Source: an uncultured Candidatus Peribacteria bacterium
Lineage (GTDB): Bacteria > Patescibacteriota > Gracilibacteria > UBA1369 > LOWO2-01-FULL-3
Direction: 5' to 3'
Assembly: GCA_964359325.1 (NCBI GenBank)
Contig: CAYHSM010000001.1
Span: 1-43,704, forward strand
Length of the DNA stretch: 43,704 bases
Shown piece by piece: positions 26,521 to 35,862 of the stretch. Positions within the stretch are counted from its first letter, which is position 1, and every line of letters begins with the position of its first letter. The translations under genes and the position numbers were made by a program. The notes below the pieces were generated by a model that saw nothing but the letters and a program-made list of their open reading frames with translations, had not been told where the DNA came from and did not search any database.

Positions 26521-27800
26521 TGTTTGAAAAATTACAAAATTTCTTAGAGTTTCTCAAAGGTGATTTTGTATCTTTCATATATTTATTCAAATCACCCACA
26601 TTTCTGATAGCAATTCTTCTTGCATCTATACCGGTTGCTATTTGGCTCTACATAACAATAAAAAATGAAAAAAAAGGCAAAAAAATAATGCTTTTAATTT
26701 TTGGCTTGGGCTCCCTGACAGCGCCAGCCTTATTGGAATTACAGATGGTATGGGGAAGATATCCGCAATTTGATCTTGCGGGATTAATAGAAAAAAGCCC
26801 ATTTTCTCCTGGAACAATAATAATATTTACATTGCTATTATTCGCGACCATGGAGGAAATAATTAAAATGTACATAATTAGAAGTATAGATAAAAAAACT
26901 CTGTTTATAACAAAAGTAAACGATGCTATAAAATATAGCATAGCCTCAGCACTGGGATTTTCTTTTGGTGAAAATATTTATTATCTAAATTCGTTGTGGC
27001 AGGAGATCAGTACAGGGCAACTTGCCGGCATGTATTTTTTCCGATCAATTTTCACAACAGCTGCTCACATGGTTTATTCCGGAGTATTCGGTTATTTTTA
27101 CGGAATAGGAAAATTCTCCATGGTTATAAATCAGCAAAATATAGTAAGCGGCAAAAAGGACAAATTATCCGCGGTAGTGGCAAGAATTTTTAATTTACCT
27201 TTGAGCGAAGGATTTAGGCAAAAAATAATACTAAAAGGTTTATTCATAGCCATAGCAATGCATTTTACTATAAATTATTTACTACAACTTGCAGAAGGAG
27301 AAAACAGCAGAATACTTATGCCAATAGTGCTTATAACGAACATATTAATGTATTTATTTCTGCAATATCTCTTAAATCGTAAAGCCGGACATTTGATTCT
27401 TTTAACGGATCCGACAACACAGAAGACTTCAACAATGGCAAAAAAAGATACGGAAGTTGTTATGGAATTATTGGCAATGTGGTCTAAAGATAAACGTTAT
27501 GTTGATGTCATTCATGTTTGTGAGAGATTGCTGCAAAGAGATCCGGACAACAATGTTGTTAAACTTTTCAAGGCCCAAGCTATGGATGCCATGGATGAAA
27601 AAGATATTTACAAAAAAATATTGGGGACAGTAATAAAAACAAAAGATGACCTCTCAATCGATCAAAAAAATATTATTTCAAAATATGTAGCTGAAAAAAA
27701 GCCGACCGTAACAACTGCTCCAAGCATTCCGGTACAACAAGCGCAACAAAAAAACGTGCTGGAAAAATTCACTGGTGAAGGAACTTTCAAGATCCACTGA
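26520..27800 (+). CDS. PrsW-family intramembrane metalloprotease with a soluble C-terminal extension
   Basis: 426 aa with MEEIIKMY, GFSFGENIYY, AAHMVYSG and AMHFTINY motifs. Its start overlaps the STAS stop as TAATG. TGA stop. Confidence 0.75.
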   Translation: MFEKLQNFLEFLKGDFVSFIYLFKSPTFLIAILLASIPVAIWLYITIKNEKKGKKIMLLIFGLGSLTAPALLELQMVWGRYPQFDLAGLIEKSPFSPGTIIIFTLLLFATMEEIIKMYIIRSIDKKTLFITKVNDAIKYSIASALGFSFGENIYYLNSLWQEISTGQLAGMYFFRSIFTTAAHMVYSGVFGYFYGIGKFSMVINQQNIVSGKKDKLSAVVARIFNLPLSEGFRQKIILKGLFIAIAMHFTINYLLQLAEGENSRILMPIVLITNILMYLFLQYLLNRKAGHLILLTDPTTQKTSTMAKKDTEVVMELLAMWSKDKRYVDVIHVCERLLQRDPDNNVVKLFKAQAMDAMDEKDIYKKILGTVIKTKDDLSIDQKNIISKYVAEKKPTVTTAPSIPVQQAQQKNVLEKFTGEGTFKIH

Positions 27801-27828
27801 GCGTAAGCGAAAGTGGACTAAAACAAAA

Positions 27829-27849
27829 GTTTTCGATATCATCGAAAAC
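27829..27849. repeat. Perfect hairpin gttttcgat-atc-atcgaaaac with a 3' flank shared with 1140-1153
   Basis: 9-bp stem. The 14-mer gaaaacacaatatc (27844-27857) is identical to 1140-1153, which also closes a gttttc/gaaaac hairpin. Confidence 0.7.
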
Positions 27850-27871
27850 ACAATATCCCAAAATTCCCCAC

Positions 27872-29005
27872 ATGACATTAGCCAAAGCCAAAATTGCCCT
27901 TGTTTTTGACTGGATGACAAACAGTGGCGGAGCTGAAAAAGTTAACTTGATGCTCCACGAAATGTTTCCGAAAGCTCCCATTTTCACATCCATATATAAT
28001 CCGAAAGCATTGAAAGGATTTGAAAAAGCCGCAATAACAACTTCATTCATACAAAATTTTCCGTTTGCCAAGACAAGGCATCAATTTTATCTCGGATTTA
28101 TGCCTTACGCTTACGAACTCTTTGATTTGAGCAGTTTTGACATTGTAATATCAAGCTCTCATGCATGCGCGAAGGGAGTTATCACCAAGCCGGAAACGCT
28201 GCATGTTTGCTATTGTCACACTCCCATGCGTTACGCTTGGGACAATTGGCAAAGCTACATCAGGGATTACAAAATGAATTTTCTTTTTAAAAATTTCGCG
28301 AAAAAACGTATGCACAAAATTCGTTTATGGGACAGGCTCGCAGCTGATCGCGTGGATTATTTCATAGCCAATTCGGAAACGACAAAAAGACGCATAGAAA
28401 AATATTATCGTTGTCCGTCCACTGTAATTTATCCGATGATAGATATTAAGAATTTTTATATTTCCAAAAATACAAAAGGTTATTTTTTGGCCGTGGGACG
28501 CCTGACTCCATACAAAAAATTTGATTTGATAATAGAGACTTTCAATCAAATAGGACTGCCTCTAAAAATAGTGGGGCGCGGCATAGCTGAAAACGAACTT
28601 AGGAGACAGGCTAAAGGCAATATTGAATTTTTAGGTAGTGTCAGCGACCAAGAGCTGCAAAAATTATACAGTGAATGTGAAGCGTTGATTTTTCCGCAAA
28701 TCGAAGATTTTGGAATTACTCCGATTGAGGCTATGGCTTCGGGGAGGCCTGTTATAGCGTTTAGCGAAGGGGGAGCTTTGGATACTATAATCGATGGCAA
28801 AACAGGAATTTTATTCAAAAAACAAACGTCACTTCAGTTAAAAGGAGCCATTGAAACTTATCAGAAAACAAAAAAGAAATTTGATCCCGAATTTTTACGG
28901 GACCACGCCAGTCAGTTTGACAAGTCTGAATTCGAAAAAAAATTGATGAAATATTTGAATGAGAAATGGGACAGACATCAAGCGAGTCTTGCGGCATGCG
29001 GATAG
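27872..29005 (+). CDS. Glycosyltransferase family 4 (GT-B, EX7E)
   Basis: 377 aa with EDFGITPIEAMASGRPVIA...GGALDTIIDGKTG. The last ~11 codons and the TAG stop lie inside dispersed repeat copy A. Confidence 0.8.
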   Translation: MTLAKAKIALVFDWMTNSGGAEKVNLMLHEMFPKAPIFTSIYNPKALKGFEKAAITTSFIQNFPFAKTRHQFYLGFMPYAYELFDLSSFDIVISSSHACAKGVITKPETLHVCYCHTPMRYAWDNWQSYIRDYKMNFLFKNFAKKRMHKIRLWDRLAADRVDYFIANSETTKRRIEKYYRCPSTVIYPMIDIKNFYISKNTKGYFLAVGRLTPYKKFDLIIETFNQIGLPLKIVGRGIAENELRRQAKGNIEFLGSVSDQELQKLYSECEALIFPQIEDFGITPIEAMASGRPVIAFSEGGALDTIIDGKTGILFKKQTSLQLKGAIETYQKTKKKFDPEFLRDHASQFDKSEFEKKLMKYLNEKWDRHQASLAACG

Positions 29006-29037
29006 CGCAAAGACAAGCGCAGATGTCTTTTCTCCTC
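28972..29037 (+). repeat. Dispersed hairpin repeat, copy A (short form)
   Basis: gacatc (28974-28979) pairs with gatgtc (29022-29027) around further stems. It is homologous in inverted orientation to 39102-39211. Confidence 0.8.
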
Positions 29038-29038
29038 T

Positions 29039-29560
29039 TCATCCCGTCACAAAAGCAATCACGATATTCACAAAAGCCCAGGCCACAAGTGTCAAAATCA
29101 TTCCAACTATTCCGTATAAAATAGCTTTTTTGCCCGTATCTTTGTCCTGAGAAAGTCCTGAAAAAAGATATAAATATCCACCATAAACAATACTGCCCAC
29201 AGCGATAAGTCCGGCTATACCAATAACAAATTCCAAAACATAGCGGATGTAATAGGGGATCATCCATAAATGGATATCTCCGGTTTTAATGCCGCAAGCC
29301 AGGATGTCCTGTAAATCAACATCTTGCGTACCTTCGAACTGAGGATCAAATATAAAACTAGTACCTTCTTTAGCAAATGCTCCTTTTACTTCTGCACTAT
29401 TGCTGGAAACATAATTCATAATCTCCTTGCAGTCGGTAACACTTTTTTCAGTACCCGGCAAAACCGTATCAGGCTGCCCTGCAAAAGCCGCAACAGACCA
29501 AACACCTACCGATAGCCATAAAACAAAAACCAAACTTACTAAAATTTTAATTTTTTTCAT
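29039..29560 (-). CDS. Secreted/membrane protein with a VirB2/TrbC-type (T4SS pilin-like) C-terminal two-helix hairpin
   Basis: 173 aa. Signal peptide (...VAAFAGQ), then two hydrophobic helices separated by SGLSQDKDTGKKA, ending AFVTG. TGA stop. Confidence 0.45.
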   Translation of the reverse strand: MKKIKILVSLVFVLWLSVGVWSVAAFAGQPDTVLPGTEKSVTDCKEIMNYVSSNSAEVKGAFAKEGTSFIFDPQFEGTQDVDLQDILACGIKTGDIHLWMIPYYIRYVLEFVIGIAGLIAVGSIVYGGYLYLFSGLSQDKDTGKKAILYGIVGMILTLVAWAFVNIVIAFVTG

Positions 29561-29614
29561 AATGCCTTGCGCTTTTAAAGCCAGTCTATAGTATATGACA
29601 GCATATTACATCAT

Positions 29615-30970
29615 ATGACAACAAATTCAACAAATACAGTGCCGGTCATAGCAATAATCGGCCGCCCCAACGTCGGTAAATCAACTTTATTTAACCGACT
29701 CATAGGCAAAAAATACGCTGTAATTGCAAAAGAAGCAGGAACAACTAGAGATCGTTTATTCCAAAATTTTGAATATGACGGTTACAACATGGTGCTTGTT
29801 GATACAGGCGGCCTTGAATACGGCAAAAAAGAAAATATAGAAGCTGATGTCCAATCTCAAGCAAGAATGGCAATAGAAGAGGCGGACGTTATATTTTTCG
29901 TAATCGATAACACTGAAGAATTAACAAAAGATGATTTCACAGTCGCTGATATACTCCGAAAGTCACAAAAAGAAATAATTTTACTGGCAAACAAATGCGA
30001 CCCGGAGAGCTTAAAAGTGGAAAAATATCATCATTTTGAACTTGGTTTCGGGCAAGCGATGGAAATTTCAGCAATCCACAATCTCGGAATCGGAGAACTT
30101 AAAGAAGAAATAATCAAAAAACTGAAAAAACTGAAATTCTCAAAGATAGAAAAAGAAAGAGACGAAAATGTTTGCAATATTTGTATACTTGGTAAACCAA
30201 ACGCAGGAAAATCTTCATTAATAAACGCTCTACTAGGTTCAAATAAAATCATTGTCTCTCATATTCCGGGCACAACGCGAGACACGACCGACACAGGAGT
30301 TACTTACCAGGACGTTAAATATAACTTAATAGATACAGCAGGATTGCGCAGACGCGGCAAAATTGAACGAGGCGTAGAAAAATTCAGCAGTTTAAGATGT
30401 TTAAGCGCGATTGAGCGATCGGATATAGCAATATTGCTCATCGACGGCAGCCAAAGAGTGAGCAGTCAAGATTGTCATATCGCTCAGTACGTCTTAGAGC
30501 AGGAAAAAGGTCTCGTTATAGCAATAAACAAAATTGACTTATTCAAAAAAGAAGAAAAAGAAGAAATAATTTGGCACCTGCAACAAAAATTCGCTTTTGT
30601 GCCATGGGCTCCGGTAATATTCGTTTCCTCAAAAACCAAAGAAAACATCTACGAAATTTTTAATCTGGCGAATCAAATTGTGGAAGAAAGAAAAAAGAGA
30701 ATAAAAACTCCGGAATTAAACAGATTTTTACAAAAAATTACAATCAAACACAAACCATCCAGCACGAAAATGAAAAAACCGAAATTTATGTATGGAAGCC
30801 AGGTTGATATCAATCCGCCAAAATTAGTCTTATTCTTCAAAAACGCAGACAACCTGCACTTTTCATATGTTCGTTATATGGAAAACGAAATTCGCAAAGA
30901 ATACGGCTTTAACGGCACCGCAATTGATTTCAAATTCAAAAATCAAATATCCTCAAAGCGTCAAAAATAA
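29615..30970 (+). CDS. der: Ribosome biogenesis GTPase Der (EngA)
   Basis: 451 aa with two G domains (GRPNVGKST, GKPNAGKSS; DTGG, DTAG; NKCD, NKID) and a KH-like C-terminus. Confidence 0.92.
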   Translation: MTTNSTNTVPVIAIIGRPNVGKSTLFNRLIGKKYAVIAKEAGTTRDRLFQNFEYDGYNMVLVDTGGLEYGKKENIEADVQSQARMAIEEADVIFFVIDNTEELTKDDFTVADILRKSQKEIILLANKCDPESLKVEKYHHFELGFGQAMEISAIHNLGIGELKEEIIKKLKKLKFSKIEKERDENVCNICILGKPNAGKSSLINALLGSNKIIVSHIPGTTRDTTDTGVTYQDVKYNLIDTAGLRRRGKIERGVEKFSSLRCLSAIERSDIAILLIDGSQRVSSQDCHIAQYVLEQEKGLVIAINKIDLFKKEEKEEIIWHLQQKFAFVPWAPVIFVSSKTKENIYEIFNLANQIVEERKKRIKTPELNRFLQKITIKHKPSSTKMKKPKFMYGSQVDINPPKLVLFFKNADNLHFSYVRYMENEIRKEYGFNGTAIDFKFKNQISSKRQK

Positions 30971-31669
30971 ATCATTTCTAAGCTTCGCATTCTCTCCATA
31001 TTTCTCAAGCCATCTATCTCTGTATTGCTTCCTGCGATCAATATTATGAAATTTCAGAATATGATCGTTTATAATCCAATCAGCCTCTTTTCCGACAGTC
31101 TTACCTCTCTTCTCAACCATTTTCAACTGCCATCGCTTAAGTAAGTTTTCACAAAAATTACCGAAACGCCCACTCAAAATCCATTCAAAAATCTTACTAA
31201 CAAAACTTTTATTTTCCATCAAATATTCTTTATTCATCTCAAAATCCTCCTCATTATCAAAATATTTTTTAATCCAAATATTTTTTTCAAGCAAAACCTT
31301 GAAAACGCCATCATCCAAAATCGGCTTTAAACTTTTCAACCAATAAGCCAAATAAATGTCCTGATAAATCGCGATTTTTTCCAAATCCAAAAATTCATCA
31401 TCCACAAAAAAACTCAAACAAAACCGTCCGGCTGTCTTATTCCCATACGTTCGCACTCCAAATAAACGCAAAATCAAAGTGATAAAAGCCCTCACTATAA
31501 AAAGCCTTCCGCTCTTTGCAACTATAAACAAATCTATATCGCTCTTCTCATCAACTTTGCCAAAAGCCAGATTATTACAAACCGCAATCATCCTGACAAA
31601 CGGGACAATTTTCAAAAAACGTACATACTTTCGCACCCTGACCCACAAATTTTTTTCAATTTCTTTCAT
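30953..31669 (-). CDS. Nucleotidyltransferase-fold (Pol-beta-like) domain protein, function unknown
   Basis: FGKVDEKSDIDLFIV matches the G-x-SD[IV]D NTase signature. I chose the ATG at 31669 (MKEIEKN...). The track start at 31720 would overlap uvrC. Confidence 0.45.
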   Translation of the reverse strand: MKEIEKNLWVRVRKYVRFLKIVPFVRMIAVCNNLAFGKVDEKSDIDLFIVAKSGRLFIVRAFITLILRLFGVRTYGNKTAGRFCLSFFVDDEFLDLEKIAIYQDIYLAYWLKSLKPILDDGVFKVLLEKNIWIKKYFDNEEDFEMNKEYLMENKSFVSKIFEWILSGRFGNFCENLLKRWQLKMVEKRGKTVGKEADWIINDHILKFHNIDRRKQYRDRWLEKYGENAKLRNDLFLTL

Positions 31670-31687
31670 ATTTTTAGTATACTGGCA

Positions 31688-33787
31688 GTGCATATGATGA
31701 CAGAAAATAAAAATTTGCAAAAGGTTTTGAAAAATCTACCAAAAGCTCCGGGCGTCTATAAGATGATAGACAAAGAGGGGAGAGTTATTTACGTGGGTAA
31801 AGCAAAAGATGTAAGCAAACGTATAAAACAGTATTTTCAAAAAAACTATGAGCATTCAACAAGAACCCGTAAGTTGCTTGAAAATGTGACCAACATCGAA
31901 ACAATCATCGTAGACAGCGAACTCGAAGCCGTGATTCTCGAACACAATTTAATCAAGCAGCTCCAGCCGAAATATAATGTAATAATGAAAGATGACAAAA
32001 ATTACGTATATATAAAAATAACCTTAGAAGACTTCCCGCGCGTACAAATCGTCCGCAGGATCGAAAAAGATAACGCAAAATATATCGGACCAAAAACAGC
32101 AGCTCACAAAGTGCAGGAAACATTCAAAATTCTCAAAAAAATCTTCCCGTTCCGTCACTGCGGCCTTGATATAAAGATAATAAAAGATAACGAAGTGGAG
32201 ATAACCAACAAGGTGATCAAATATCCGTGTTTGGATTATTACATAAAGAGATGCATCGCTCCATGCATCGGCAAATGCAGCATCAAAGAATACCAGAAAA
32301 TCATAAAAAATGTTGAAAATTTTCTCGAAGGAAAAACCGAAAACATCCTGAAAGATTTAAAACGGCAAATGCAAGAATATTCAGCCGCCAAAAACTTTGA
32401 AAAAGCTGCGAAAATCCGTGATAAATTATTAAAAATCGAGGAAATAGTCGAAAGACAAAAAGTACAAGACCAAAATCAGGAAGATAAAGACGTTATCAAT
32501 TATTGTGTCAGTCAAGATAGGGCGTATTTCAATCTGTTCCAAATACGCGACGGCAAATTGATCGGTCAGGAAAATTTCACATTGAGCGCTACAGATATTG
32601 ATGAACCGGAAAACAAGGAAGTTCTCGAAGCTTTCATGTATCAATATTACAAACTCGCCACAGACATTCCAAAAGAAATTTTAATTCCGCATGAAATCGA
32701 CAATAAAGAAGGAATTGAGGCAATAATTATAATTCCGAAAATAGGCACAAAAAACAAATTGTTGGAAATGTCTTTGAATAACGCTCGTATTTTTGCGGAT
32801 CGTAACAAGCCGAGTTGGCAGGAAGAAAGCGAATTAACTAAAAAGGCTACGGAAGAATTACAAAAATTACTGAATATCAAAGCCCCTCTCAAAAGAATAG
32901 AATGTTATGACATTTCGCATTTGAGCGGCACTGATACTGTAGGTTCTATGATTGTTTTTGAGAATGGGGTCCCAAAAAACTCCCTTTATCGCAAATTCAA
33001 ACTCAAAACCATTGATAATAAACCAGATGATTATAAATCAATGGAAGAAGTGCTTTACCGGAGATTTTCCAAAATAGCGCTGTCTTTCCCTCATAAGGAT
33101 TACAAATTAAGAAAAGCCCTGAAGAAAGACAAAAAATTCATAGAAACTCATAACAAAGTACAGTTGGATAAAACCGATCGGAATTTTTTTGTTTTAATAA
33201 AAGGGCAGGAACAAATCGGATTCGCGGCAATAAGAAAACATTCGGATAAAATTTTTGAATTGAGAAGTGTATGGATTAAAAAAGACTCAAGAGGCAAAAA
33301 ATTGGGCTATAAATTAATTCACGACATAATCCAAAAAAATAAATTAAAACGCGTATATATAATCTGCATTGCGGAATTAAAAGAATATTATTTACTGGCG
33401 GGATTTGAAGAAATCAATAAACTTCCGGAAGAAATGTCCGAAAGACTTAAATATTGTCAAAATAAATATAAAAATGTCAGTTTATTGGTTTACGACGCGC
33501 TTAAACATAAAGAAGACGAATCATTCAAACAAATACCTGATCTCGTGATAATAGATGGCGGAAAAGGGCAATTATCAGCGGCAACCAATGTATTTCAAAA
33601 ATTAAACATCAAAATACCTTACATTGCGCTGGCTAAAAAATTTGAGGAAATTTTTCAGCCGCATGTTGCAAATCCAATAATTTTACCTGGCACTAACGAA
33701 GCCCTAAAACTGCTGCAACGCGCTCGTGACGAAGCTCATCGTTTTGCGATAAGTTACAACAAAAACCTTCGCAAATTTAAAAAGTAA
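31688..33787 (+). CDS. uvrC: Excinuclease ABC subunit C with an inserted GNAT-like domain and lacking the C-terminal (HhH)2 domain
   Basis: GIY-YIG (GVYKMIDKEGRVIYVGKAKD...), the Cys cluster, UVR (FEKAAKIRDKL), and the endonuclease domain (ECYDISH...IIDGGKGQ...RDEAHRFAI). The true start is probably the ATG at 31694 or 31697. Confidence 0.88.
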   Translation: MHMMTENKNLQKVLKNLPKAPGVYKMIDKEGRVIYVGKAKDVSKRIKQYFQKNYEHSTRTRKLLENVTNIETIIVDSELEAVILEHNLIKQLQPKYNVIMKDDKNYVYIKITLEDFPRVQIVRRIEKDNAKYIGPKTAAHKVQETFKILKKIFPFRHCGLDIKIIKDNEVEITNKVIKYPCLDYYIKRCIAPCIGKCSIKEYQKIIKNVENFLEGKTENILKDLKRQMQEYSAAKNFEKAAKIRDKLLKIEEIVERQKVQDQNQEDKDVINYCVSQDRAYFNLFQIRDGKLIGQENFTLSATDIDEPENKEVLEAFMYQYYKLATDIPKEILIPHEIDNKEGIEAIIIIPKIGTKNKLLEMSLNNARIFADRNKPSWQEESELTKKATEELQKLLNIKAPLKRIECYDISHLSGTDTVGSMIVFENGVPKNSLYRKFKLKTIDNKPDDYKSMEEVLYRRFSKIALSFPHKDYKLRKALKKDKKFIETHNKVQLDKTDRNFFVLIKGQEQIGFAAIRKHSDKIFELRSVWIKKDSRGKKLGYKLIHDIIQKNKLKRVYIICIAELKEYYLLAGFEEINKLPEEMSERLKYCQNKYKNVSLLVYDALKHKEDESFKQIPDLVIIDGGKGQLSAATNVFQKLNIKIPYIALAKKFEEIFQPHVANPIILPGTNEALKLLQRARDEAHRFAISYNKNLRKFKK

Positions 33788-34967
33788 GAACCTCAGCTTC
33801 CTTAAAAACTTTATTTATCCACTCTTGAATTGGAAGATTTTTTTCATATTTTTTAACATCGTAAATATTGGCTTTAAGCTCGGGATGTTTTGGCGCAAAC
33901 ATGCTGCAGGTATCTTTGCACGGCAATTTGGAAATCTCAAAAGTACCGATACGCTCGGCAATTTTAATTATTTCCTCCTTATCAAAACCGATCAACGGCT
34001 GGAAAATAGGAATAGTGGAAGCTTCATGAATCGTAAAAAGATTTTCAGGTGTCTGAGATGCAACTTGTCCAAAATTATCTCCTGTCACTAAACCTTTCGC
34101 GCGCTCTCTCTTGGTAATCAATTCGGCAATCCGTATCATTGTTCTTCTATAAAGCACAATCCGAATTTTGGCTGGTATATCCAGATTTGTGGCAATCGCT
34201 CTTTGTATTTGGCCATAAGGAATAAGATAAAGCTTAGTGTCAGACTGATAATCGCTAAGCATCTTCACCAATTCTTTAACATGCTCCATTTCATCTTTAT
34301 CCGAATATGGATAGGCATGAAAATGCACAAAAATCACGCGCGCACCTCTTTTCATCATCAAATAAGAAGCAACCGGAGAATCAATTCCGGAAGAAATAAG
34401 ACTGACCAATCGTCCCTGACTATTTGGAGAAAGTCCTCCAACTCCAGAATATTTTTTATAAGAAAAATATCCAAGATCATTAAAAAATTCCACATCCACA
34501 ACAAATTCCGGATCGTTGAGTTTTACTTTCATATTAAGACCGTTTTCCAGCAAAATAGCGCCAATATCTCGCGCCATTTCAAATGATTTATCAGGCATAG
34601 TCATAGATCTTTTTACGCTCACTTTAAAATCCGCCGGACGATTTTCCGGATCAAATTCAGGCAAATTATCCCAAATTTGCTCACCTAATTCAGCAATATT
34701 GGCAGACCCCACATAAACAAATTTAAAATTTTTAATACCAAAAACTTTTCGTATCACTTCCGCATATTTCTGCTCATCTTTTTTAAAATTAAAATCCTTC
34801 GGAAGATCAACCATCAACCGCCCCAAAGTATATTTAATTGAAAGATTGCATCCAAAATATTTCTTAAACAAAATTTTCAATCTCTTCCTCAATTTATCAA
34901 CAAAATAACCGATATTTGCCCTCTTTAAACCAATTTCTCCGTAATGTATAAGAATATGTCTCTTCAT
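33777..34967 (-). CDS. thiI: tRNA 4-thiouridine synthase ThiI (THUMP + PP-loop, no rhodanese domain)
   Basis: MKRHILIHYGEIGLKRAN... and PP-loop SSGIDSPVA. Start set to the ATG at 34967. The 85 upstream codons of the track ORF overlap folP antisense and look spurious. Confidence 0.85.
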   Translation of the reverse strand: MKRHILIHYGEIGLKRANIGYFVDKLRKRLKILFKKYFGCNLSIKYTLGRLMVDLPKDFNFKKDEQKYAEVIRKVFGIKNFKFVYVGSANIAELGEQIWDNLPEFDPENRPADFKVSVKRSMTMPDKSFEMARDIGAILLENGLNMKVKLNDPEFVVDVEFFNDLGYFSYKKYSGVGGLSPNSQGRLVSLISSGIDSPVASYLMMKRGARVIFVHFHAYPYSDKDEMEHVKELVKMLSDYQSDTKLYLIPYGQIQRAIATNLDIPAKIRIVLYRRTMIRIAELITKRERAKGLVTGDNFGQVASQTPENLFTIHEASTIPIFQPLIGFDKEEIIKIAERIGTFEISKLPCKDTCSMFAPKHPELKANIYDVKKYEKNLPIQEWINKVFKEAEVLTF

Positions 34968-35046
34968 ATGCAGGCAGTATACTATCAAATATTGTTTAAA
35001 TCTGACAGTAAGCATAAAATTTAAGCATGCGATAAATAAGTTGAAT

Positions 35047-35862
35047 ATGTTTTTATTAAAAAAACTTTTGAAAAAACGCCCTTTGATCATGGGGATATTA
35101 AATGTCACTCCTGATTCATTCAGCGATGGAGGCAAATTCAACAGTATTGAGAAAGCTTTAAAAAGAGCTAAAGAAATTGAGGAAGAAGGCGCTGATATCA
35201 TCGATATCGGAGGAGAATCCACGGGTCCGAATTCTCAAAACGTCTCACTAAAAGAAGAATTAAACCGCGTAATACCGGTTATAAAACGCCTACGACAAAT
35301 CAGTAAATTGCCGATTTCCATAGATACATACAAATCGGAAGTTGCAAAACAAGCACTGGAAAACGGCGCAAATATAATCAACGATGTTACAGCGCTGCGC
35401 GGAGACAAAAATATGGCAAAAATCGCAGCCAAATATAATTGTCCGATAATTCTGATGTATTCAAAAGATAACTCACCGCGCACCACAAAAAAAGCGGTCG
35501 AATACAAAGATGTAATGAACACCATTAAAACATTCCTAAAAAGTCGCATCAAATATGCAAAGCAACAAGGCATAAAAAACTCACAAATAATAATTGACCC
35601 TGGAATGGGAGCCTTTGTAAGCGGCATCCCGGAATACAGCTTCGAAATAATCGCAAAACTCAACCAATTAAAATCCTTAAAATTCCCAATTCTAATTGGA
35701 ATATCACGAAAATCTTTCCTGGGAGGAGAAATCGGGACAAGAGACAGTAAAAGCGCTGCCTTATCCGCTATTGCATATCTGAATGGAGCGGATATAATCA
35801 GGACCCACGATATTCAAAGTACTAAACAAATACTTAAACATATATGCCAACAATGGAACTAA
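35047..35862 (+). CDS. folP: Dihydropteroate synthase
   Basis: GILNVTPDSFSDGG, DIGGESTGP and IIDPGMGAF motifs. ATG at 35047; the track begins at a TTG at 35041. Confidence 0.9.
   Translation: MFLLKKLLKKRPLIMGILNVTPDSFSDGGKFNSIEKALKRAKEIEEEGADIIDIGGESTGPNSQNVSLKEELNRVIPVIKRLRQISKLPISIDTYKSEVAKQALENGANIINDVTALRGDKNMAKIAAKYNCPIILMYSKDNSPRTTKKAVEYKDVMNTIKTFLKSRIKYAKQQGIKNSQIIIDPGMGAFVSGIPEYSFEIIAKLNQLKSLKFPILIGISRKSFLGGEIGTRDSKSAALSAIAYLNGADIIRTHDIQSTKQILKHICQQWN

Noticed and set aside
28959-29150. Track ORFs 28959..29150(+) and 39059..39313(-) sharing the peptide DIKR(V/I)LRHA(D/E)S, suggesting a small conserved protein
   Set aside because: The similarity comes from the dispersed DNA hairpin repeat. 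One ORF also reads antisense through tRNA-Leu and the other through the pilin-like gene, and neither has a plausible start context.
34968-35222. 85-codon N-terminal extension of the thiI ORF (track start 35222)
   Set aside because: The extension is antisense to the folP 5' region, low-complexity and hydrophobic. The conserved ThiI N-terminus (MKRHILIHYGEIGLKRAN) begins at the ATG at 34967.
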